A stretch of 13,965 bases of DNA, taken from the NCBI RefSeq assembly GCF_006345805.1, contig NW_021825921.1, forward strand, positions 1 to 13,965. The letters run 5' to 3'. This document shows, in pieces, positions 1-9,003 of the stretch (within the stretch, counting starts at the first letter, position 1; every line of letters begins with the position of its first letter). The translations under genes were made by a program, and so were the position numbers. The notes under the pieces were generated by a model. The model did no database searches. It worked only from the letters and a program-made list of their open reading frames with translations, and was not told the DNA's origin. Origin of the DNA: Octopus sinensis (lineage: Eukaryota).

Positions 1-70
1 ATGTCAGAAATTTTAAGAGAGGATTTGACAATCACCATAGGTACAATAAATATAGTAATTATAGACGCTA

Positions 71-140
71 TTGGTTGACCTCAGGTCAGCAATGACACAA
101 AAATTATGATAAAAGCTAATCCAACCGCGACCCGCTCGTC
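71..140 (+). repeat. Degenerate ~70-bp interspersed repeat relic, copy 1 (copy 2 at 13624-13696)
   Basis: TTGACCTCAGGTCAGCAATGAC..TATGATAAAAGCTAATCCAACCGCGACC aligns colinearly with TTAACATCAAGTCGGGCATGAC..TATGATCAAAGGCGTTCCAGTCGAGACC at 13628-13687. Confidence 0.5.
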
Positions 141-264
141 ATTCTTCTTCAAATCTCATCTTACACTGTAGTTGTTTTTGTTCTGCTTATTACTAAATTC
201 CGGCAGCCCTCAATCAGGTTTCGGGCAAATCTGAAAAGAGCCTTGACTAGATAGCTATATATGT

Positions 265-655
265 AATGTAGCCCCTATTTCAATTGATAAATAGTGCAGG
301 GCAAATGAATAATATAGGCCCCATTTTAAATGGTAACAAGCCCAAGATAGACTTGAAACATAGGCCCCCATCTCAAACAGCAATAATCCCAGGCTACTTG
401 GGAAAATTAATCCACATGTCATTTAGAACGAAGCTTAGTCCAGATGTTAAATATAATTCGTTTTAGTCAGTAATAAAAGCAGACTAGATGCGATACGAAG
501 TTTTCCATTTGAAATTACAAGAAATCCAGACCAGATGTGAAATATAGGCCACATTTCAACTGGTAATATGCCTGGGCCGGATGTAAAATGTAAACTTATT
601 CAAATGGATAATAGGGCCAGGTCACGTATGAAATGTAAGCTTCATTTCAAACTAC
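265..655. repeat. Degenerate tandem array, ~46-bp period, ~8.5 units
   Basis: Units start at about 265, 311, 357, 404, 450, 494, 541, 587 and 632. Consensus is roughly AATATAGGCCCCATTTCAAATGGTAATAAGCCCAGGCCAGATGTGA. Confidence 0.75.
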
Positions 656-695
656 GCATTAAGTATTTTACTAATCATAATAGTTACGTGTCAGA

Positions 696-819
<124 letters not shown>

Positions 820-1195
820 AGCATGTGTGTGTCTGTGTGACGGCACCAAAGGAAAGTAATATTATCGTTAAAGGCGCGAAATTGCCGCGATCGTTTGGAC
901 GATAACTGCAAAGGGTTTTTTTTTGTGAATTCTCCCCATGTGTAGTAGCACTCTGGTTGCCCTTGAGTGCTACTGTTAACATGTAATCCAGTACAACCTG
1001 TTGCATGGTCGTGTCGTCGGCAATTAAATTGGCAACACCACCAAGCTTGCTTAGTGAGGGGGGTGATTGTTGGAAATCCTGCGAGATGAAAAGTAAGACC
1101 CGTCAATGGGCGGAGGAACTCATAAGCAGTCAACGGCCATCCAACAAATAAGAGTAATTATGTATAAATCATTTTATCTTTATATATTCAGTGAT

Positions 1196-1465
1196 TATAT
1201 GTATATATATATATATATATATACTTCTTTATAAATACATTATTTATATTTAAATCTTATTTTATTTATTTTCTTAAATTACATATCTTTTACTTATATA
1301 TATATACATATATATATATAAAAAGGAAATGAAGAAAATGCTGACAAAATAAGTTAAGTAAGGGAGAGTGTATTTAATTAGGTGAAAGTTATTTTTACCG
1401 GTTACGCATTTGTTATGCTTATCAAAAGATATTTTTTAAAGAGAGATAGAGTTCCTTTCTGATAG

Positions 1466-1546
<81 letters not shown>

Positions 1547-1552
1547 GTATGT

Positions 1553-1619
<67 letters not shown>

Positions 1620-1645
1620 AGATATAGATATAGCTATAGATATAT
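1196..1645. repeat. Cluster of (AT)n microsatellites (1196-1222, 1297-1320, 1469-1645)
   Basis: Read directly from the sequence. Confidence 0.95.
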
Positions 1646-2009
1646 AGCTATTGATACTTTTTTGTATTTAAATTTTATTTATATTTTTAAATTACATATC
1701 TTTTATTTTTTTTGTTTTTTGTAATGTATGAATGAGCTACTCTTTGTCGGACACAGTATGATTTATAATCACTTCATAGAGCGTTTGGGCGTCGTTTTGG
1801 TGTCTGGCATGGGATAGCTTGCCTCATGGAGAAGGAAATCTCAAAAAAAAAAAAATCATCTGAGGCCTTGGAGGTTCACGGTTTTGTCAATTTTCATGTC
1901 ACACCGGCTAAAGTCTTTTTGGCCAATAAGTGGGAGTAGCGCAGTGCAAGCAAGCTACACTCATTAAGAATTATTCATCTGCACTGAATCTTAATAAATT
2001 CATTGAATT

Positions 2010-2456
2010 TCTCTCTTTCTCTCTTTTTTCTCTCTTTTACTTGTTTCAGTCATTTGACTGCGGCCATGCTGGAGCACCGCCTTTAGTCGAGCAACTCGAC
2101 CCCGGGACTTATTCTTTTTGTAAGCCCAGTACTTATTCTATCGGTCTCTTTTGCCGAACCGCTAAGTGACGGGGACGTAAACACGCCAGCATCGGCTGTC
2201 AAGCAATTCTAGGGGGACAAACACAGACATACAAACACACACACATACACACACACATATATATATAATATATATATATATATACATATATACGACAGGC
2301 TTCTTTCAGTTTCCGTCTACCAAATCCACTCACAAGGCATTGGTCGGCCCGGGGCTATAGCAGAAGACACTTGCCCAAAATGCCACGCAGTGGGACTGAA
2401 CCCGGAACCATGTGGTTGGTAAGCAAGCTACTTACCACACAGCCACTCCTGCGCCT
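2010..2456 (-). mobile_element. Full-length tRNA-headed SINE, family A
   Basis: The minus strand starts AGGCGCAGGAGTGGCTGTGTGGTAAG (A box) ... GGGTTCAGTCCC (B box). It has a TTGGGCAAGTGTC core, an internal (AT)/(GT) tract and an AG-rich tail. Homologous fragments lie at 11743-11867 and 13249-13387. Confidence 0.92.
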
Positions 2457-2887
2457 ATTGATGACAGAAATCTAAAAATGCACTTGTAAATTACTCTAAA
2501 ATGTTTCAAACATTCAGTAGATGGCAAAAAGGCTTGGGAGTTTCAGGAGAATAGGTCTGGCTCGGTTATGTATCCCAGTGTGCCAGAGGCTGGGCCCAGT
2601 CATCATCCTGCCACTATTGTCAAGCCATCTTAAAGAAGAAGTAAAAATAAACATCGTCTGAATTTTGGATGTTGGAATGTGCGCACGCTTCTTTATGATA
2701 ATTTCAACAAAAGCCCGAGCTTTGAAATTATTCCCTTGATGTAGTTACCCTCTCTGAAATCATCTCTCTGGTGAAGGTCAAATAAATGAACCTACGTATG
2801 GATACACTATCTTCTGGAGCGGCCTATCTGAGAATCTGGCGTTGGGTTTGCTCTCAAGAATTCATTAATATCCTCCATTGCAGAACC

Positions 2888-3273
2888 GAGGCGCAATGGC
2901 CCAGTGGTTAGGGCAGCGGACTCGCGGTCATAGAATCGCGGTTTCGATTCCCAGACCGGGCATTGTGAGTGTTTATTGAGCAAAAACACCTAAAGCTCCA
3001 CGAGGCTCCGGCAGGGGATGGTGGTGATCCCTGCTGCACTCTTTCACCACAACTTTCTCTCACTCTTACTTCCTGTTTCTGTTGTACCTGTATTTCAAAG
3101 GGCCGGCCTTGTCACTCTCTGTGTCACGCTGAATATCCCTGAGAACTACGTTAAGGGTACACGTGTCTGTGGAGTGCTCAGCCACTTACACGTTAATTTC
3201 ACGAGCAGGCTGTTCCGTTGATTCGGATCAACCGGAACGCTCGTCGTCGTAACCGACGGAGTGCTTCCATCCA
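2888..3273 (+). mobile_element. Full-length tRNA-headed SINE, family B, inserted in the LINE APE domain
   Basis: A box TGGCCCAGTGG (2897-2907), B box GGTTTCGATTCC (2940-2951), (TCCA)n tail, and a 14-bp TSD TCCATTGCAGAACC at 2874-2887 and 3274-3287. Confidence 0.95.
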
Positions 3274-5292
3274 TCCATTGCAGAACCATGTCATGCCGTT
3301 TAAAACTGACTACAGGTGGGTTTCTTACCTTTGTCCCTATTTATGCACCAACAATGTCTCATTCTGATGAAACTGCAGGACAGTTTTACGACGATTTAGC
3401 AATTATTGTGGAAAGTACCAATTTCTGACCAGCTGGTCATATTGGGAGATTTGACGCAAAAGCTGGAAATGTCTACATTTCATGGCCTGTGTCAGGCCGA
3501 CATGGAATTGGAAAATGTAAAAAAATAAAAAAAATGGAGTAACTCTTTTGATGTTTTGTACTGAGAATTATCTGGTTGTTACCAACACTCTGTTTAAGCA
3601 AAAAAATAAATATAAAACCACCTGGATGCACCCAAGAGCATCTCATAGATTATATTTTGATTAGAAAGTGTAATATGAAAGATGTTTCTAGTGTTCAGGC
3701 CATGGAAGAAGCAGAGAGCTGGACTCACCATCGTCAAGCGCCTGGGAAAATAAATTTTTCGATAATACCTAAAAGTTGACACTCTGGTCCCAAGATACCC
3801 AAAAAGTTAAATGTTACAAACTTCAAATTACCAAGGAGCTTGCAAAGATTCCATGATGCAATAGAAGGTATCAATCTTGACCCAAACAATCTATAGGAAG
3901 ATTTCAAAACAAAAGTATTTCAGGCTGCAACTTCATCAGTGGGATTTAAATCGCGTAAGTCCAGTGACTGGTTCTGAGATAGATCAGCAGAAATTAATGA
4001 TCTACTTTTAAAAAAACAAAACTTAGGCAATACACTTCTTTCTCAGTCCTTGAACCCCAACTCTAAAGAAGCTTACAGAAAGATGAAAGGGAAAGTGCAG
4101 ACTGTTCTAAGGAAAATTAAACAGGAATGGTGGAATGATAGAGCAAAAGGGGCACAAGCAGCTGATAGAAATGACGCCAAATGTTTGTATTCTTATGTTA
4201 AGGAGGTATATGGCCCAAAATCTTGAGTAGCTCCAGTGAAAACGGCAAATGGACATTTGCTTCTAACTGACACCGCTTCTCTTTCTAAGTGGTAGGTAGA
4301 AAATTTTTCTGCACTTTCGAGTAGACCATCATCCGCCGACATGAGGATCGTAGAAAATAATCGAACACCTTTCAATTATAGAGGAGATGGCGTTTAAACA
4401 TTTAAAATGACATCTATTTAGCTGTGAATAAGCTGAATAACAATAAATCGCCAGGGTCTAAAGGAATCTGTCCAGATGTTTTGATGTGGGCGGGGGAGTT
4501 ACACATGAATTCTTAAATATATTCATTTGTCACTGTTGGAGAACTGAGAAAGTGCCTCAAGACTGGATTGATGCCATCTCCTTGTATAAATCGGGGCCAA
4601 AGGATCTGTGTGGTAATTTTCATGGGATTTCGTTTTTTTCTGTAGTTGGAAAAGTACTTGTCCGCATTCTGGTAGAACGTTCAAATACTTTCATAGTTTC
4701 AAATATGGTGTCTGAGTCTCAATGTCGTTTCCGCTCCCCTAGGGGCACAGTTGATTGAATCTTTACTATCAGACAGACAATTTCAGGAAAAGTGCATTGA
4801 ACAGAATTTTGCCCTACACGATTGATTTGTCGATTTGAGCAAAGCGTTTGATACTATCAGTCGAAATGCTCTGTGGCTAATTCTAAGGAAAATAGGTTGC
4901 CCAGAAAAGTTTGTAAACATTATCAAGGATTTGCATCAAGATATGAAAGCTAGAATTAATTTTGGCGGTAGGCTCTCTGAATCTTCTGCCGTGGAAAATG
5001 GAGTAAAGCAAGGAGACCCACTCTCTTTGCAATATACTTTGCTGTTGTGCTGTCACACGCTTTTCAAAGCTCCGAGGAGGGCATTTACATAAAATATCGA
5101 ACAACAGGAAATGTTTTTAATCTGACCAGACTGAAATTCAAAACAGAGGGCTTTACTTCACTCATTAGGGAACCCTTATACACTGACCATTGCGATTTAG
5201 CCAGTCATTCTGTAACAGGCCTTCAGTCTCTTGGATCTGCATTTGACTCAGCTTGTGATGATTTTGACTTGACCATCAACTTGATAGAAACA

Positions 5293-5370
5293 TTATTTAC
5301 ATTCGATGGATATTTGTCGAATGTAAATAATGTAAATAATGTACGTAATTCCTCATCTCTTAAATATAGG
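5293..5370. mobile_element. 78-bp fold-back insertion inside the LINE RT
   Basis: 14-bp TSD ACTTGATAGAAACA at 5279-5292 and 5371-5384. Removing the insert restores TINLIETVVTYRPARG. A 17-bp perfect inverted repeat spans 5290-5306 and 5317-5333. Confidence 0.88.
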
Positions 5371-5615
5371 ACTTGATAGAAACAGTTGTAACGTATCGAC
5401 CTGCACGTGGTGATGTTTGCAACCCACCTAAAATATTTTAAGAGTACGTTACTTGAGGTTGTTGATTCTTTCATTTACTTTTGGAGCTCTGTACAAACTG
5501 ATGGAAATCTAGACACAAAAATACATCTGCGAATTCAAAGGGCTGCACAAGCAGTTGGTGGTTTGGAGTAACGCGCATGGCGCCAACGGCATATAAATAA
5601 CAACATAAAATAAAG

Positions 5616-5657
5616 GCATTTTATCCGTCGTGCTAAGAGTTCTGCTACCTTGCTGCC
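5616..5657 (-). mobile_element. SINE family C, 5' head fragment
   Basis: The reverse complement GGCAGCAAGGTAGCAGAACTCTTAGCACGACGGATAAAATGC aligns with the head of the copy at 8128 (GGCGAGCTGGCAGAAATGTTAGCCCGCCGGGCGAAATGC). Confidence 0.65.
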
Positions 5658-5819
5658 CTAATACTAATAATAATAATAATAAATAATAATAATAATAATA
5701 ATAATAATCTAATAATACTAATATAATTATTATTATTATTATTATTAGTATATTATAATTAATCCTATTATTATTATTATCATTATTATCATTATCATTT
5801 TATTTTATTATTATTATTA

Positions 5820-5873
<54 letters not shown>

Positions 5874-5958
5874 TATTATTAATACTATTATTATTATTAT
5901 CATTATTATCATTATCATTATTATTATTATTTTATTATCATTATCATTATTATTATTA

Positions 5959-6014
<56 letters not shown>

Positions 6015-6084
6015 TAATCTTATTAATACTATTATTCATTATTATCAATTTTATATCATTATCATTATTATTATTTTATTATTA

Positions 6085-6119
<35 letters not shown>

Positions 6120-6163
6120 TTATTAATTATTATTATTATATTACTATTATTATTATTATATTA

Positions 6164-6200
<37 letters not shown>

Positions 6201-6260
6201 AATATAATAATAATTAATAATAATAATAATAAAATAATAATAATAATGATAATGATAATA
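5658..6260. repeat. ~600-bp (TAA)n-(ATT)n-(TAA)n microsatellite with ATC variants
   Basis: Read directly from the sequence. Strand polarity flips near 5727 and 6197. Confidence 0.97.
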
Positions 6261-6772
6261 GTTTTTGTGAATAGCTTCAGGTCGTCCATGGATAGCTTGT
6301 GGCTCAGTTTTCCGTTACCTCTTCACAGATCATACATTAGAAGCAAATTGAAATGTTTTCCGAAAATGGCCTCACGAATTGTGCGACCCAACGTAGATGC
6401 CGAGGTTATTTTAGTTTCCGTAGTATTTCACTCATAGGGATTATTCCTAGCACAAAGATCAGTGGGGGACACACTGTCCCCCTGGAAGATACCTCTCTTG
6501 ATTTTCACTTCTCCTAATACTTGATTCCTTGCTCCCAATGTCGTTCCCCAGCATCTCATGCTATTCCATATAAGGCCTCTCATATTTTCTGCTACTTCAT
6601 ACATTTTCATTGCTTTTGTTATCCAAGAGTATATTATATTGTATGCTTTACGATAGTCAACCTATGCCATAATCAGGTTTGTGTGTCTTCTCTTGCAGTT
6701 CTTGATAATTAGATTATCAATTAAGATCTGATCCTTCGTTCCCCGACTCCTCTTTCGGCACCCTTTTTTTTT
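6261..6772 (-). pseudogene. R4/Dong-clade non-LTR retrotransposon RT core fragment, inverted
   Basis: The minus strand reads [77 protein letters not shown], with MDD at 6281-6289. Confidence 0.92.
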
Positions 6773-6874
6773 AGACCAATCACGTGCCTTCCGCTAATGT
6801 GGAAACTTATGTCAGATGCTTTGGTCGGTGAACTATATAGATACCTGAGAAACACTATGCTGTTACTTACTGAA
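6773..6874 (+). pseudogene. R4/Dong-clade RT N-terminal segment, sense orientation
   Basis: [34 protein letters not shown], the segment that normally comes just before QKGCR. Confidence 0.88.
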
Positions 6875-7546
6875 CATAACAGGCCGGATATTGTTATTTG
6901 AGACAGAGGGGCAAAGGTATATACTTATTTCTTTATTACCCACAAGGGGCTAAACATAGAGGGAACAAACAAGGACAGACATAGGTATTAAGTCGATTAC
7001 ATCGACCCAGTGCGTAACTGGTACTTAATTTATCGACCCCGAAAGGATGAAAGGCAAAGTCGACCTCGGCGGAATTTGAACTCACAACGTAACGGCAGAC
7101 GAAATACGGCTACGCATTTCGCCCGGGTGCTAACGTTTCCCTCAGCTCTCCGGCAAAGGTATATACCGTCATAGAGGTCAGCTGCCTTTGCAATTACAAA
7201 TACCTCCTTGAAAATCTAAGAAAAAGAGGATATGGACAACTGCTTCGAAACCTCCAACTTCTATATCCAGCCTATGAATTCATATTCATACCAATAATAA
7301 TAGGAGCACTAGGTTTTGTTAGTAAATGTTTAAAGGAGAATCTGGATAAACTAGGATTTTCAGAAAGAGAAATCGAACAGCTAATTTGTACATTACATGT
7401 GCAATTTGTGAGTGGAACAGTAAAAATATGCAAGACTTTTCTCAAATTCCAAAGGTGAATTTGTCTGTGTTAACTACATCCCAAAGATGGAGCCTTGTAT
7501 CTTTGTTGGAAACCAGATCCCTCCTCAGTGGAAGATTTATAATAAT
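6875..7546 (+). pseudogene. Restriction-like endonuclease (REL) C-terminus and 3' UTR of an R4-type element, interrupted by a SINE
   Basis: HNRPDIVI*DRGAKVYTVIEVSC..YGQLLRNLQLLYPAYEFIFIPIIIGALG..GTVKICKTFLKFQR, with the stop at 7456-7458. The RPD..E motif is present. The UTR ends in ATAATAAT. The ORF track misses it because there is no start codon. Confidence 0.85.
6925..7151 (-). mobile_element. tRNA-headed SINE, family C
   Basis: 15-bp TSD GGCAAAGGTATATAC at 6910-6924 and 7152-7166, B box GAGTTCAAATTCC, and colinearity with 8128-8357. Confidence 0.95.
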
Positions 7547-7566
7547 CAAAAAAACAGAAACGACAA

Positions 7567-7662
7567 ACATACATACATACATACATACATACATACATAC
7601 ATACATACATGCATGCATACATACACACACACATACGTACATACATACATACATACATACAT
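7567..7662. repeat. (ACAT)n microsatellite
   Basis: Read directly from the sequence. Confidence 0.97.
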
Positions 7663-7822
7663 TACAAATGCAAGCTCTATCCTATTCGTAGAAGGTTCAT
7701 GCTTCTGTGGTTTTAACAAGTTTATATAATTCCCCAAAGAGTAAATTGCATTGTTTTTTTTCCACCTTTGTCTGATGATATGAAAGTGAATCATATATAT
7801 GTTGTAATATTACCCATTCATT

Positions 7823-8020
7823 TATATCGACGTGATAAAAGAAGATCTCCACAGGCCCGACGTCCTCTCGGTGGACGCAGTGGCGCTGGCACGGGACTGC
7901 CAATAATGGGGAACATTGATGGACTTGCCCGGCTCTACGCACGATGACAATTCTGGGATAGCAACCTGGGAGGACTCCAGCCCCATCATGCAATAACATG
8001 AAGTAAGCATGCAGCAAGTA
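7823..8020 (+). mobile_element. Probable 3' end remnant of an RTE-like LINE
   Basis: The frame from 7829 reads DVIKEDLHRPDVLSVDAVALARDCQ*WGTL, resembling the RTE C-terminal W.D.IKEDL..A.DR..WR motif. It lies in a GC-rich island. Confidence 0.45.
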
Positions 8021-8127
8021 TTTTATATTCATGATGTATCCTGTACCACGTATTGTTGAAACGATCGTAATAAAGGAATGGAGGTAATGTCGTAACCTCC
8101 GTTTATGAGCATGCTATATATACATAC

Positions 8128-8357
8128 GGCGAGCTGGCAGAAATGTTAGCCCGCCGGGCGAAATGCGTAGTCGTATTTCGTCTGTCGTTAGGTTCTGAGT
8201 TCAAATTCCGCCGAGGTCAACTTTGCCTTTCATCCTTTTGGGGTCGATAAATTAAGTACCAGTTACTCACTGGGGTCGATGGAATCGACTTAATCGCTTT
8301 GTCTGTCCTTGTTTGTCCCCTCTGTGTTTAGCCCCTTGTGGGTAGTAAAGAAATATA
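8128..8357 (+). mobile_element. tRNA-headed SINE, family C
   Basis: B box GAGTTCAAATTCC (8197-8209) and a 13-bp TSD TATATATACATAC at 8115-8127 and 8358-8370. Confidence 0.93.
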
Positions 8358-8370
8358 TATATATACATAC

Positions 8371-8394
8371 ATGTGTGTGTGTGTGTGTGTGTGT
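8371..8394. repeat. (GT)n microsatellite
   Basis: Read directly from the sequence. Confidence 0.95.
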
Positions 8395-9003
8395 ACTTAT
8401 CGGATTATATGGGAATGCAGGTTCTGTAACTTGTAGCAGTGATCCAAATAGAAGTGTTGTATTGATATTTACAAAAACAAAAAAGAAAAAAAATCAAAGC
8501 CATTTCATAAAAGGAGTCTAAACGCTAGATGTTTTTACACTGAGATAATCACTTTATGATTTTAAAAATGTTTTTGTTACTGGAAAAAAATGGCAAAATA
8601 AAAAAAACGAAGAAAGGAAAGGAAACTTAAGCAGGAGAGAAATTATGAAGAAACGGAAGAAAAATAGATATTGGGGAAGAGTAGCAGTTGAGTGCGGGCA
8701 AAGGTATAAAAAAGAAAACGTCAATCAACACAAACGTAACCATGCAGACATATGTACATAAAGATATACATAGAGGCATGCATGCAAACATACGTACACA
8801 TCATCATCATCATAATCACCAACAGCAACAACTACAAGAATAACATTTTCATCATTTGTGAGGTGTATTGCAAAAAAGGGTCCATTGCAACTTCAATTTT
8901 CGATGAAATTTACAGCATTAACTCGAGTATAAGTTGCAGTATTTTATACTTCATTTAAAATGAGAAAAACTAGGGTGTGGCAAATCTACGGGGGCAAAGC
9001 TAA

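Larger units (their letters stand above)
2520..5613 (+). mobile_element. Decayed RTE-clade (BovB-like) LINE: APE endonuclease plus reverse transcriptase pseudogene, 3'-truncated
   Basis: APE motifs: LNFGCWNVRTLL (2658), DVVTLSE, GYTIFWSG, GVGFALK, YAPT, QLVILGD, TTWMHPR, LIDYILIR, SWTHHR. RT motifs: KVPQDWIDA, GISFFSVVGKVL, SESQCRFR, FVDLSKAFDTISR, GVKQGD, LYTDH (decayed YADD), then VVDSFIYF..RIQRAAQAVG. Many stops and frameshifts. The 5' boundary is approximate. Confidence 0.95.

Noticed and set aside
76-88. TGACCT-C-AGGTCA everted nuclear-receptor element
   Set aside because: It lies inside the repeat relic, and the sister copy at 13629 lacks the palindrome, so it is probably a mutational coincidence.
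265-655. CRISPR array or coding repeat interpretation of the 46-bp array
   Set aside because: There are no unique spacers or invariant repeat, the context is eukaryotic, and the period is not a multiple of 3.
2888-2960. tRNA genes at the SINE heads (also 10790-10860 and 11045-11116)
   Set aside because: No complete cloverleaf or acceptor stem forms, and the heads run into SINE bodies. I could not assign an anticodon.
3364-3390. CTGATGA followed by an AACTG/CAGTT hairpin, resembling a hammerhead
   Set aside because: No GAAA follows the stem, and it lies in LINE coding sequence (SHSDETAGQF).
3905-3942. Minus-strand CTGATGA..GAAA
   Set aside because: Stem II is only 2 bp, there is no stem III or stem I, and it lies within LINE coding sequence.
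7772-7790. CTGATGA-TAT-GAAA
   Set aside because: There is no room for stem II and no supporting stems.
8780-8845. HHHHNHQQQQLQE-like coding stretch
   Set aside because: It is a degenerate CAT/CAA trinucleotide tract ending in a stop, with no convincing splice context.
8975-9003. Helitron 3'-end-like GGGGGCAAAGCTA just before 9004, and a second TCTATATATTAAAA at 9549 (tandem Helitron idea)
   Set aside because: The upstream motif fits the MITE subterminal GGGTGCGGCTTATAC-type unit better and has no hairpin. The 9549 motif has no matching body or 3' end.
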